DNA of 59,665 nt from Acidimicrobiaceae bacterium. GTDB lineage: Bacteria; Actinomycetota; Acidimicrobiia; Acidimicrobiales; RAAP-2. The stretch lies in NCBI GenBank assembly GCA_003134515.1, contig PLBM01000087.1:3922-63586 (forward strand). The letters run 5' to 3'. Each line of letters begins with the position of its first letter. Positions within the stretch are counted from its first letter, which is position 1. Below, one piece after another: positions 44,622 to 56,222 of this stretch. The notes below the pieces were generated by a model. The model was not told the origin of the DNA and ran no database searches. It saw only the letters and a program-made list of their open reading frames with translations. A program made the position numbers and the translations under genes.

Positions 44622-46581
44622 TTGACTCGATTAGACCTAACAGGTCGTCCATGATCGCGCTTAACGAATAGTCCTTGGGCGTGTAGATCGCCGCGACGCC
44701 CAACACGCGTAGCGTGCGTGCGTCGGCGTCGGGCACGATGCCCCCCACCACGACTTTGGCGTCGACGCCGGCGTCACGCAGACCTTGCATGACCCGTGGC
44801 ACGAGGGCGAGGTGCGAGCCCGACAGCACAGAGATGCCGACGACGTCGACGTCCTCGTCGCGTGCGGCCGCGACGATCTCCTCGGGGGTCAGTCGAATGC
44901 CCGGATAGATCACCTCAAAACCGGCGTCGCGCGCGGCGACGGCAATCTGTTCCGCGCCGTTGGAGTGTCCGTCCAGGCCGGGTTTGGCGACGAGCAACCT
45001 CGGGGGCGTGCCCCGTTTTTCGCTTAAGGCTTTGGAGCGAGCCACCAGGTCACCAAAGGGCGCGCCGCGATTGTTGGCGCGCGCACGCACGCCAGTGGGC
45101 GCCCGGTACTCGCCAAAGATCTCGCGTAGCGCGTTGGCCCACTCGCCGGTGGTGCCGCCGGCCTTCGCGAGCGCGATGGTCGGCACCATGACGTTGTCGC
45201 TCTTGTCAGCACTGGCAATGACTCGGCGCAGTTCACGTAGGGCCGCCTCGACGGCGCTCTCGTTGCGCGTGGCGCGCCACGCCCTCACGTCGTCGATCAT
45301 CTCTTGTTCGACCGAGGGATCGACCACCATGATCGCTTCGAGTGACGCGTCGTTCGTGAGGGGTGACTCGGCCGTCTCGAGAAAACGATTGACGCCCACG
45401 ACGACCTGCTCACCGGACTCGATTCGTTCGACCCGCGCGGTCTGGCTCGCCACGAGGCGGCTCTTCAATTCGTCGATAGCTTTAAAGGCGCCCCCTAAGG
45501 CGAGTACGTCGTCGAGTTCACCTTGCGCGGCGACGGTCAACTCGTGGACCAGGGCGTCCATGACCTGAGAGCCCGCGAAGATGTCGGGGTACTCCAGAAG
45601 ATCACTTTCGTAGGCCAGGACCTGCTGGACGCGAAGGCTCCACTGCTGATCCCACGGGCGCGGCAGTCCGAGCGCCTCGTTCCATGCGGGCAGCTGGATG
45701 GCCCGGGCCCGCGCGTCGGCCGACAGGGTGACGCCGAGCATCTCGAGAACGATGCGCTGCACGTTGTTCTCAGGCTGCTGTTCGGTGAGCCCGAGGGAGT
45801 TCACCTGCACGCCGTAACGAAAGCGACGAAGCGACGGGTCGTCCACGCCGTAGCGGACGCGACATATCTCATCCCACATCGCGGTGAACGCGCGCATCTT
45901 GGCGACTTCTTCGATGAAGCGTACGCCGGCGTTCACGAAGAACGAGATTCGCCCTACCACCTCGGGCATGAGCTCGGCTTCGACCTTGCCCGAGTCACGC
46001 ACGGCGTCCAAGACGTCGATCGCCGTCGCCAGCGCGTAGGCGATCTCTTGGGCCGGCGTCGCGCCGGCCTCTTGGAGATGGTAACTGCAGACGTTGACGG
46101 GGTTCCATTTGGCGACGTGGTGAATGCCGTAGGCGATCATGTCGGCGATGAGCCGCTTGGAGGGTTCGGGCGCGAAGATGTACGTGCCGCGACTTAGGTA
46201 CTCCTTGACGATGTCGTTTTGCGTGGTGCCCTGGAGTGTGGCCAGGTCGACACCCTCTTCTTCAGCTAAGGCGAGGTAGAGACCCCACAGCCACGCGGCG
46301 GTCGCGTTGATGGTCATGGAGGTATTCATCTCGTTGAGGGGAAGGCCCTCAAAGAGTTGGCGCATGTGACCGAGGTGCGCGACCGGCACGCCGACCTTGC
46401 CGACTTCGCCCGCGGCGCAGGAATCGTCCGGGTCGTAGCCGGTCTGGGTGGGCAGGTCAAAGGCGATCGAGAGGCCGGTCTGGCCCTTCGCCAAGTTGGC
46501 GCGGTAGAGCTCGTTAGATTTCGTGGCGTTCGAGTGACCCGAGTAGGTCCTCATCACCCACGCCTTGGAACGATCTTTCAC
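44614..46581 (-). CDS. meaA: Ethylmalonyl-CoA mutase (MeaA/Ecm)
   Basis: WVMRTYSGHS, FDLPTQTGYD, RYGVQVNSLGLTEQQPENN, B12 motif GLDGHSNG. Confidence 0.93.
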   Translation of the reverse strand: MKDRSKAWVMRTYSGHSNATKSNELYRANLAKGQTGLSIAFDLPTQTGYDPDDSCAAGEVGKVGVPVAHLGHMRQLFEGLPLNEMNTSMTINATAAWLWGLYLALAEEEGVDLATLQGTTQNDIVKEYLSRGTYIFAPEPSKRLIADMIAYGIHHVAKWNPVNVCSYHLQEAGATPAQEIAYALATAIDVLDAVRDSGKVEAELMPEVVGRISFFVNAGVRFIEEVAKMRAFTAMWDEICRVRYGVDDPSLRRFRYGVQVNSLGLTEQQPENNVQRIVLEMLGVTLSADARARAIQLPAWNEALGLPRPWDQQWSLRVQQVLAYESDLLEYPDIFAGSQVMDALVHELTVAAQGELDDVLALGGAFKAIDELKSRLVASQTARVERIESGEQVVVGVNRFLETAESPLTNDASLEAIMVVDPSVEQEMIDDVRAWRATRNESAVEAALRELRRVIASADKSDNVMVPTIALAKAGGTTGEWANALREIFGEYRAPTGVRARANNRGAPFGDLVARSKALSEKRGTPPRLLVAKPGLDGHSNGAEQIAVAARDAGFEVIYPGIRLTPEEIVAAARDEDVDVVGISVLSGSHLALVPRVMQGLRDAGVDAKVVVGGIVPDADARTLRVLGVAAIYTPKDYSLSAIMDDLLGLIESTS

Positions 46582-46599
46582 TGTGTCTCCCGTCGAGGG

Positions 46600-47454
46600 C
46601 TAGTGGCCGTACTGGTAGAAGCCTTCACCCGACTTTTTTCCGAGAAGCCCCGCGCTCACCATGCGACGCAGCAACGGCACGGGCGCAAAGTTCGCGTCGG
46701 CGTACTCCAGGTAGAGCGCGTCGAGGATCGCGAGCGAGGTGTCAAGACCCACGAGGTCGAGCAGGGCGAAGGGACCCATCGGAAACCCACAGCCGCCCTT
46801 CATGGCTGCGTCGATGCCCTCTTTGGTCGCGACGCCGTTCTCGAGGAGTCGCACGGCGTTGTTGAGGTAGGGAAAGAGCAGGGCGTTCACGATGAAGCCC
46901 GCGCGGTCCTTCACCTCAATGGGTTCCTTGTCGCAGGCCAGTACGAATTCAGTGACGGCCGCGATGGTTTCGTCGCTCGCACAGATCGGCCGCACGACTT
47001 CGACGAGCGCCATGGCGTGCACGGGGTTAAAGAAATGCACTCCACAGACCCGTTCGGGCCGCGAGACCTGCATGGCCAGATCGATGACGGGCAGCGTCGA
47101 GGTGCACGTCGCGATAATGGCCTTGGGGCTCACTACGGCGTCGAGCGCGCGAAAGAGTTCCATCTTTACGTCGAGATCCTCCACCACGGTCTCGATCACG
47201 AATTCACAGTCGGCGAGTTCGCTGAGGTGGGTGGTGACCGTGACGCGCTGGCGAAGGGCCACGACGTCCTCGGCCGTGCGTTTGCCCTTTTCCAGTTGCT
47301 TGGCGAGCGAGCGGTCGATCTGGTCCAGAAGAGCTTCGGCGCCGGCGTTCGTGCGAGCTCGCACGATCACGCTCGCGCCCGTGGCGGCGCACGCTTCAGC
47401 GACGCCGGCGCCCATAATGCCCGACCCCACAACACCGATCTTTTGAAAGCTCAT
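46600..47454 (-). CDS. 3-hydroxybutyryl-CoA dehydrogenase
   Basis: GSGIMG, HFFNP, GFIVN.LL, PMGPF.LLD.VGLD, GKKSGEGFY. Confidence 0.92.
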   Translation of the reverse strand: MSFQKIGVVGSGIMGAGVAEACAATGASVIVRARTNAGAEALLDQIDRSLAKQLEKGKRTAEDVVALRQRVTVTTHLSELADCEFVIETVVEDLDVKMELFRALDAVVSPKAIIATCTSTLPVIDLAMQVSRPERVCGVHFFNPVHAMALVEVVRPICASDETIAAVTEFVLACDKEPIEVKDRAGFIVNALLFPYLNNAVRLLENGVATKEGIDAAMKGGCGFPMGPFALLDLVGLDTSLAILDALYLEYADANFAPVPLLRRMVSAGLLGKKSGEGFYQYGH

Positions 47455-47468
47455 GTGCGAACACTACC

Positions 47469-47483
47469 GTTACCGGTCGGTAT
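47469..47483. promoter_or_regulatory. Operator-like palindrome next to the -10 box of the dehydrogenase gene
   Basis: GTTACCGGTCGGTAT, adjacent to TAGTGT (minus strand, 47461-47466); same pattern as the 42750 and 42774 sites. Confidence 0.55.
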
Positions 47484-47596
47484 CTTTGGCTGTGATACTC
47501 AATTGGTGCAGGTGACGGTGATGGTGGGCTCGCGCGAGAGTGGCGTCGAGGAAGTGACGAAGTGATCGTCACTCGCGGTCACGAGGTCGTTGAGCT

Positions 47597-48148
47597 TTAG
47601 CGCTCGGTGATCGTGACCGATTCGATGATGACGCTTTCGCGCGGCTTGCCCGAAGGCGTGCCCAGTTCATTGATCGCGGCCACGACGTCCAGGCCCTTGA
47701 CGACTTTGCCAAAGTGCGAGTACAGCGGGGGCAGACGCACCCCGTCAGGTCCGGAGATGACGAAGAACTGCGAGCCGTTGGTGTGGGGACCCGCGTTGGC
47801 CATGGCCAACGATCCGAGCTCGTAGCGACCGGGCTTGGGCAGTTCGTCAACAAAGCGGTAGCCCGGTCCACCCGAGCCACTGCCCGTCGGATCGCCACCC
47901 TGCAAGACGAAGCCGGGAATGATTCGGTGAAAAACTACGCCGTCGAAGTAGTGCCACCTCGCCAGGAACACGAAACTGTTCACGGCCAGGGGCGCGCCGA
48001 GGGGGTCGAGGAACAGTTCCATGGTGCCCTTTGACGTGGCCATCGTCGCGCCGTAGGACTTGGTCGGATCGATGATCATCTCGGGCGCCGCGTCAAAGTG
48101 TTGACGCTTCGGGCTCGAACCGTCGGGCTGGGGGACGTCGGTACTCAT
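47597..48148 (-). CDS. Cyclophilin-type peptidyl-prolyl isomerase (soluble)
   Basis: FHRIIPGFVLQGGDPTG, AMANAGPHTNGSQFF. Confidence 0.95.
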   Translation of the reverse strand: MSTDVPQPDGSSPKRQHFDAAPEMIIDPTKSYGATMATSKGTMELFLDPLGAPLAVNSFVFLARWHYFDGVVFHRIIPGFVLQGGDPTGSGSGGPGYRFVDELPKPGRYELGSLAMANAGPHTNGSQFFVISGPDGVRLPPLYSHFGKVVKGLDVVAAINELGTPSGKPRESVIIESVTITER

Positions 48149-48151
48149 TTT

Positions 48152-49024
48152 CTACTGCTCGCTGATCGTGATGTTCAAAATACGGTGGGTGACGATCGGG
48201 GGCACGCCGTTCGAGGCGGTACTCGAGTTGCCGGCGCTTTGGATGATCTCGACGGCCTTAAGCCCGCTCACGACTTGACCAAAGAGTGAGTAGGTCGCGC
48301 CCAGCGTCTCGCCCACGGCGCCGGTGACGATGAAGAACTGGCTGCCGCCGGTGTGGGCGGCACCCGTGTTCGCCATGGCGATTGAGTAGAGCGGGTAAGT
48401 CGGGCTACCGGCCTTTGGGTATTCGTCGGCGATGGTATAGCCCGGACCGCCCGATCCCGTGCCCGTGGGGTCGCCGCCTTGAATCATGAAGCCCGGGATG
48501 GCACGGTGAAAGATGACGCACTTGTAGAAGTTGTGCTGCGCCAAGAAGACAAAGTTATTCGTCGTTATCGGTGCGCTCGCGGCGTCGAGTTTGACGACGA
48601 AACTTCCCGCTGTGGTGCTGAAGTGGGCGTAGTACGTCTTGGCCTTGTTGATGGTCATCGCGGGAGCTTTAGTGAAAGTCAGCGTGTTCACTCTGGTGCT
48701 CGTAGACGCAGGGCATCCGGCCGCCACCGCGATGGCGTTGGCTTGGGCCTGGGTCACTTGGCCGGCCACCGGCTGCGTGGTGGAGGTCGACGTCGTCGTC
48801 GAACTCGTGGTCGATGACGAACTCGCCGTGGTGGTCGAAGTGGTCGTGGTGGTGGGCGACTTCGCGCCGGAGAAGAGCAACGCGCCGGTACCGATCACGA
48901 GCACGGCGATGATGGTGACGATGACGGAGCGACGGAGGGTCTTTCGGCGCTTGTCGTAGCGCTGCATTCGTTCAAGCTTCTCGCGGCGGGCCGCTTTCTG
49001 CCGTTCGCGTTTGGAAGTTGCCAT
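48152..49024 (-). CDS. Membrane-anchored cyclophilin-type peptidyl-prolyl isomerase
   Basis: Basic N-terminus, TM helix, Ser/Thr linker, FHRAIPGFMIQGGDPTG, GSQFF. Confidence 0.93.
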   Translation of the reverse strand: MATSKRERQKAARREKLERMQRYDKRRKTLRRSVIVTIIAVLVIGTGALLFSGAKSPTTTTTSTTTASSSSTTSSTTTSTSTTQPVAGQVTQAQANAIAVAAGCPASTSTRVNTLTFTKAPAMTINKAKTYYAHFSTTAGSFVVKLDAASAPITTNNFVFLAQHNFYKCVIFHRAIPGFMIQGGDPTGTGSGGPGYTIADEYPKAGSPTYPLYSIAMANTGAAHTGGSQFFIVTGAVGETLGATYSLFGQVVSGLKAVEIIQSAGNSSTASNGVPPIVTHRILNITISEQ

Positions 49025-49084
49025 GGTTGCGACTTTAGTAGGCCCCTCGAATGCCTCGGAATCACTCAACTATCCTTGGTGCGC

Positions 49085-50302
49085 ATGGCGCTCATCGTGC
49101 AAAAGTTTGGTGGCACGTCGGTCGGGGACGCCCAGCGCATTCGATCGGTGGCCGACCACGTGGCTACGACGCGAGCCGCCGGCAACGAAGTGGTCGTCGT
49201 GGTCTCGGCGATGGGCCAGTTCACCGACGAACTGGTCAAGTTGGCGGACGGCGTCTCGCCGACCCGTACGGCGCGCGAAATGGATATGTTGCTCACCGCG
49301 GGTGAACGTATCTCGATGGCGCTGATGAGCATGGCCCTGGGCGCGGTGGGCGTCGAGTCCGCTTCCTTTACCGGCAGCCAAGCGGGCATCATCACCGACA
49401 CCCGGCACACCCGGGCCAAGATTTTAGAGATGCGACCTGACCGCATCCGCGAGGCCCTGGACGACGGACTCGTGCCCGTCGTGGCCGGATTTCAAGGCGT
49501 GTCCACCGAACGAGATATCACCACGCTCGGCCGGGGCGGCTCGGACGTGACCGCCGTCGCGCTCGCGGCCGCGCTGAAGGCCGACGTGTGCGAGATCTAC
49601 ACCGACGTGGCGGGAGTGTTCAGTGCGGACCCGCACGTCGTGCCCCGGGCCCGTCGTCTCGAGAAGGTCTCCTTTGACGAGATGATGGAGATCTCCGCGA
49701 CCGGCGGGCGAGTGTTGATGTTGCGTTCTGTAGAGTTCGCGCGCCGACACCACGTGCCGATCCACGTTCGATCGAGTTTCACTTGGAAGCCAGGCACCTG
49801 GATCGTGGAGGAGGACCCCACCATGGAAGAGGCCATCGTTTCGGCCATCACCGACGACACGTCGGAGGCGAAGATCACGGTGGCGGGCGTGCCCGACCGA
49901 CCGGGGGTGGCCGCCGCGCTCTTTCGCGAGCTCGCCGACGCGGGCATCAACGTTGACATGATCGTGCAGAACACCAGCGCGCATGCGGTGACCGACATCT
50001 CATTTACCGTGGCCAAGACTGACTTGGACGCGGCGATGGCGGCGTGTCGAAGAGTGCAAAAGTCCATCGGCGCCGAGACAGTATCGAGCGACGACAACAT
50101 CGGACGGGTCACGATCGTGGGCGGGGGAATGAAGTCGAGCCCCGGGGTCACGGCCCTGATGTTCGAGACGCTCTCACTGCACGGAATCAACATCGAGATG
50201 ATCTCGACAAGTTCCATCCGTCTGTCGTGCGTAATCCGCGCAGATCGCGTTGCTGAAGCCGTTCGACATTTGCATAGCGCATTCGGCCTCGACGCCGAGT
50301 GA
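49085..50302 (+). CDS. lysC: Aspartate kinase (alpha subunit; beta subunit probably from internal ATG 49823)
   Basis: VQKFGGTSV, TTLGRGGSD, two ACT domains. Confidence 0.96.
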   Translation: MALIVQKFGGTSVGDAQRIRSVADHVATTRAAGNEVVVVVSAMGQFTDELVKLADGVSPTRTAREMDMLLTAGERISMALMSMALGAVGVESASFTGSQAGIITDTRHTRAKILEMRPDRIREALDDGLVPVVAGFQGVSTERDITTLGRGGSDVTAVALAAALKADVCEIYTDVAGVFSADPHVVPRARRLEKVSFDEMMEISATGGRVLMLRSVEFARRHHVPIHVRSSFTWKPGTWIVEEDPTMEEAIVSAITDDTSEAKITVAGVPDRPGVAAALFRELADAGINVDMIVQNTSAHAVTDISFTVAKTDLDAAMAACRRVQKSIGAETVSSDDNIGRVTIVGGGMKSSPGVTALMFETLSLHGINIEMISTSSIRLSCVIRADRVAEAVRHLHSAFGLDAE

Positions 50303-50307
50303 CTTAA

Positions 50308-52007
<1,700 letters not shown>

Positions 52008-52075
52008 GGGCCAAAGGCTAGTGGGAGGTGACAACCCTTCTCTAGGGTGGAGTCGGTCGATCGAAGGGAAAGAAC

Positions 52076-53392
52076 ATGGTCGAGGCTCTCTCAGGTGTTG
52101 TCGGACTCGTCGTCGGGGGCGTGGTGGCCTGGACGATCGCGTCGCGTCGCGCGCAGCACCACCGCGACGCTCTGATGCAGGCCCGCGCCGATCTCGCGGT
52201 TCGTGAGTCCGAGCTCTCCGTGGCGAAGTCCAACCTCGAGAGAACGCGCGAGGAGTACGACGCGGCGCTCAAGAATATGGAGAGCGTCTTTGAGAATCTC
52301 TCGAATCGCGTCCTGGCCCAGACGGTCCTTCAATTCAACCAGTCCCAGGAACAGGTCATGAAGGAACGTGAGACGACGCTCGATCGAACGCTCAAGCCGC
52401 TGGCCGATCTGCTCGACGAGTACAAGAGAAATCTCGCGGAGTTCGATAAGCAACACGTGGGCGTCCTGGGCGAAGTGAAGAGCCGGGCCGAGGAGCTACT
52501 CACCGAACAGCGCCGCAGTCAAGAAGAGACCCGTCGGCTCAATCAACTCCTAGGTCGCAGCGATCATCGTGGTCGCTGGGGTGAGATCCAACTCGCGAAC
52601 GTCCTCGAAGCGTCGGGACTGCAACAACACATCGACTACGAACTACAAGTCTCCTCGACGAGCGAGTCGGGCCGATCGCAACGACCAGACTGTGTGGTGA
52701 ATATGCCCAACGGGTCACGCGTCGCGATCGACGCGAAGTTTCCCTTCGACGCCTTCGAAGCGGCGCTGGGCGCCGAGGACGTCGACGAACGCAAAGCGTT
52801 CGAGATAAAGCACGCGAAGGACTTGCGCTCACACGTCAAGACGTTGCGAGAGAAGGCGTACTGGGAGTCGATCTCGCCGGCGCCGGAGTTCGTCGCCTGC
52901 TTTGTGCCCAGCGACGTCGCGGTCAGCGTCGCCTTTGACGCCGACCCCGAACTGCTCACCTACGCCGCCAAAGAGCGGGTCCTGATCGTTGGACCGACCA
53001 ATCTGTTGTCGCTCCTGTGGTCGGTCGTGATGGTGGTGCGCCAGCAAAAACTGGCGATGAACGCCGAAGAGATCTACAAGGTCGCCGAGACCATCTTCGA
53101 CCGGATCCGCTTGGTGGCCGAGCCCGTCGCCCGAATGGGCAAGGCCCTCGACGCACAGGTGAAGGAGTACAACAGCATGATCACTTCGTTCGAGACGCGC
53201 TTGATCGTGAGCGCTCGGGGTCTGCAGAACCTCGGGGGTGCCGCGCACGCGAAGGAGTTGCCCGAATTGGGCCAGGTCGAACGACTCGCGGCTCGCTTGG
53301 ACGAAGTGAAGTGGGGCGTCGACGCCGAACACCCCTTACCCGAGGGAGTATCGGAGATCATCGAACTCGAGGGCTTCGAGGAGCCGAGCTAA
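52076..53392 (+). CDS. rmuC: DNA recombination protein RmuC
   Basis: TM plus coiled coil, RGRWGE.QL, RPD....P......IDAKFP, GPTNL. Confidence 0.92.
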   Translation: MVEALSGVVGLVVGGVVAWTIASRRAQHHRDALMQARADLAVRESELSVAKSNLERTREEYDAALKNMESVFENLSNRVLAQTVLQFNQSQEQVMKERETTLDRTLKPLADLLDEYKRNLAEFDKQHVGVLGEVKSRAEELLTEQRRSQEETRRLNQLLGRSDHRGRWGEIQLANVLEASGLQQHIDYELQVSSTSESGRSQRPDCVVNMPNGSRVAIDAKFPFDAFEAALGAEDVDERKAFEIKHAKDLRSHVKTLREKAYWESISPAPEFVACFVPSDVAVSVAFDADPELLTYAAKERVLIVGPTNLLSLLWSVVMVVRQQKLAMNAEEIYKVAETIFDRIRLVAEPVARMGKALDAQVKEYNSMITSFETRLIVSARGLQNLGGAAHAKELPELGQVERLAARLDEVKWGVDAEHPLPEGVSEIIELEGFEEPS

Positions 53393-53420
53393 AAAACTCC
53401 GACGAGTAAGTTCTTTCAGC

Positions 53421-54416
53421 GTGGCTCGAACTCGCGCGCAACGTCGTCGGCGCACGTTGCTCATCACGCTCGCCCTCGCGGTGACCTTGGTGGTCCTGGT
53501 CTTTGCGCGCGACGTCTCGAGGTCCGCGCACGGGTCCGCGACGTCTCGGCGAAGTGAAGACCGAAGTTTTGGCGCCCTCGCGAACGCACTGATCACCAGC
53601 GAGAACAACTTCGACGCGCGCCTCGAGTCGCTACTTTCACAAGGCAGCACGCTCCATCGAGACGTGTTCGCGGCGCGTCTTGGTCAACTCGACCAACAGC
53701 TACCGGGCTGGACGACGACGGCGGATCAACTTCGCCGTCCGGTCCTCGTCCACCACGTCAACGACTCGCTCGATCAACTCACCCAAGAGCGAGTCGCGGC
53801 TTACCAAACCCTTCTTCGCTACGTCGCGCACGCGCTCACATTGCCCTGGAACACGGGCCCGTCCGAGGTCGTGACGAACCCCGCGGCGTCGCTCGTGTCG
53901 ACGTCGCAACTCTGGAACGTTGACCGCTTCGCGCTCGTTAAAGAGCCGGGTCGGGTTCTTTTAGCGGCGACGAATTCTTTGAGCGCGGCGTACTTCGCTC
54001 AGAACGGCGTGGCGGCGCTCGTGCATTCGGGCTCACTCGCATTGAGCCGAGCCATCGGCATCGCCGCGCTACGGGTGTCGCCGTCGCCACTGCCCGCGAG
54101 TCGCGGCGTCCTGCTCTTGCCGCCCGTGACGTCGGTGCAGTTGGGCGTCTCGGTGCTGAACGCCAGTTACGTCAATCAACCAGTCACCTTGACGATACGA
54201 GTGACGCCGCTGAACAAGCAGCGCGCGGCTTTTTCCCAAACCCTCACCGCCACGCTCGGACCACTGGGGGCTTACGCCTTTGTGCCACGACCTCTGCGCA
54301 CTGCGGCGAGTGAGCGGGCCCGCGTCGTCATCACACTCTCAGGCGCCCCCGCCGCTACGGGCATGGTGACCTCCGAGACCTATCAATTGGAAATGTCACC
54401 GTCGGGAGGTTCATAG
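53421..54416 (+). CDS. Hypothetical membrane-anchored protein
   Basis: Basic N-terminus plus TM helix, helical middle, beta-rich C-terminus. Confidence 0.7.
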   Translation: MARTRAQRRRRTLLITLALAVTLVVLVFARDVSRSAHGSATSRRSEDRSFGALANALITSENNFDARLESLLSQGSTLHRDVFAARLGQLDQQLPGWTTTADQLRRPVLVHHVNDSLDQLTQERVAAYQTLLRYVAHALTLPWNTGPSEVVTNPAASLVSTSQLWNVDRFALVKEPGRVLLAATNSLSAAYFAQNGVAALVHSGSLALSRAIGIAALRVSPSPLPASRGVLLLPPVTSVQLGVSVLNASYVNQPVTLTIRVTPLNKQRAAFSQTLTATLGPLGAYAFVPRPLRTAASERARVVITLSGAPAATGMVTSETYQLEMSPSGGS

Positions 54417-54480
54417 AGAGACTGAGTTACTGGTCGGCTCGCCTACGATGGTCACGCCCCCAAAATTGAATCGAGGAACC

Positions 54481-55752
54481 GTGACGCAGTCCATTACCGT
54501 CACCGACAATCGCAACGGTGAATCCCTAGAGATTCCTATTGAACACGGTGGCGTGGCCGCCAGCGAGTTCTCCAAGATCCTGCCTGGCGTGTGGTTCTAC
54601 GACCCGGGCTTTATGTCCACCGCGATGGCCGAGTCCTCCATCACGTTCATCGATGGCGACGCCGGCATCTTGCGCTATCGCGGCTACCCCATTGAACAGC
54701 TCGCGGAACATTCGACCTACGTGGAAGTGGCGTACCTCTTGCTGCACGGCGAACTGCCCAACGCCCAACAGGCCGCGGACTGGCAAAAAGAGATCACGTA
54801 CCACACGTACATCCACGAGAACGTCCGCAAGCGCTTCTTAGAGGGCTTCAACTACGACGCGCACCCCATGGGCATGTTGGTGTCGGCGGTCGCGGCGCTC
54901 TCGACGTACTACAAAGACGCCAAGATCCTCTCCGATCCGGAGATCTTGCACAAGCAGATCGTGCGCCTCATCGCCAAGATGCCGACGTTGGCCGCCGCCG
55001 CGCACCGTTTCTCGGTGGGGATGCCCTTTGTCTACCCCGACAACTCCATGGGCTACGCGCAGAACTTCCTGTCGATGATGTGGAAGGTCGCTGAACCACG
55101 GTACGAACCCGATCCCATTTTGGCCCACGCGCTCGACGTGCTCTTTATTCTGCACGCCGATCACGAACAGAACTGCGGGACGACGGCGATGCGGGTGGTG
55201 GCCTCGTCGCACGCCGACCCCTACTCCGCGACCGCGGCCGCGACGGCGGCGCTCTACGGACCGCGTCACGGCGGCGCCAACGAGGCGGTGTTAAAGATGC
55301 TGAACCGGATCGGCAGCATCGAGAACGTGCCGGCCTACGTCAACACCGTAAAAGAAGGTAAGGCGCTGCTCGAAGGATTTGGGCACCGGGTCTACAAGAA
55401 CTTCGACCCGCGGGCCACGATTATCAAGAAGACGGCGGACGAGGTCTTTACCGTCACCGGCAAGAACCCGCTGTTGGACATCGCCTTGAAGCTCGAAGAG
55501 GTCGCGCTCGCTGACGACTACTTCATCTCGCGACGTCTCTACCCCAACGTGGACTTTTACTCGGGCCTCATCTACCAAGCGATGGGCTTTCCTTTGGAGA
55601 TGTTCACGGTCCTCTTCGCCATTCCGCGCACGTCGGGCTGGCTCGCCCACTTTCAAGAGTTGCTCCAGCAAGACACCAAGATCGCCCGTCCGCGCCAGCT
55701 CTACATCGGGGCCGACGCGCGCGACTTCGTGCCGATGAAAAAGCGCCCCTGA
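54481..55752 (+). CDS. gltA: Citrate synthase
   Basis: YDPGF, LRYRGYPIEQL, LHADHEQN, HGGANE, GFGHRVYK, YPNVDFYSG. Confidence 0.97.
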   Translation: MTQSITVTDNRNGESLEIPIEHGGVAASEFSKILPGVWFYDPGFMSTAMAESSITFIDGDAGILRYRGYPIEQLAEHSTYVEVAYLLLHGELPNAQQAADWQKEITYHTYIHENVRKRFLEGFNYDAHPMGMLVSAVAALSTYYKDAKILSDPEILHKQIVRLIAKMPTLAAAAHRFSVGMPFVYPDNSMGYAQNFLSMMWKVAEPRYEPDPILAHALDVLFILHADHEQNCGTTAMRVVASSHADPYSATAAATAALYGPRHGGANEAVLKMLNRIGSIENVPAYVNTVKEGKALLEGFGHRVYKNFDPRATIIKKTADEVFTVTGKNPLLDIALKLEEVALADDYFISRRLYPNVDFYSGLIYQAMGFPLEMFTVLFAIPRTSGWLAHFQELLQQDTKIARPRQLYIGADARDFVPMKKRP

Positions 55753-55755
55753 GCC

Positions 55756-56220
55756 TCAGGTATTGAGCGCCTCGCGTAGCTGCGCGGCGTGCTCGCGCGG
55801 GTGCTCGGTGTAATTCGTGAGCCAGGTGATCAAGGTGTAGCGACCCGTTTCGGCGTGCTCGGCGTATCGGAGAAGATCGTCGTCGCTCAAACGTTCCAAG
55901 AGATCGAGGGCGCATTGGCGAAGGGCGCGAAAGAGCGCGAGGGTGTGCTCGATCGCGAGATCGTCGTAGCCGGTGATGGGCGAGGTCGCCCACGCCGTGT
56001 CGTCGTAACTCTGGATAGATGAACCGGGCGGCTCCGCCAGTAGTCGTACCAGACGCACGTAACCCTGGGCTTGGGCGTCGGTCAGATGACGCACGAGGTG
56101 GCGCGCACTCCGCGTGCCCGGTGCGTGGCGATCGAGGTTGTCCGGTGTGGTCAAGGCGACCGCGCGAAGGAACTCGTGGGTCGATGCTTCGTACTCACGG
56201 GCCCAGCCCTGCGCGTCCAC
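55756..56220 (-). CDS. DinB/YfiT-like protein
   Basis: SARHLVRHL.D, YD...W, H..EH..Q metal-His pattern. Start moved to GTG 56220 after the tesB stop. Confidence 0.78.
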   Translation of the reverse strand: MDAQGWAREYEASTHEFLRAVALTTPDNLDRHAPGTRSARHLVRHLTDAQAQGYVRLVRLLAEPPGSSIQSYDDTAWATSPITGYDDLAIEHTLALFRALRQCALDLLERLSDDDLLRYAEHAETGRYTLITWLTNYTEHPREHAAQLREALNT

Positions 56221-56222
56221 GT

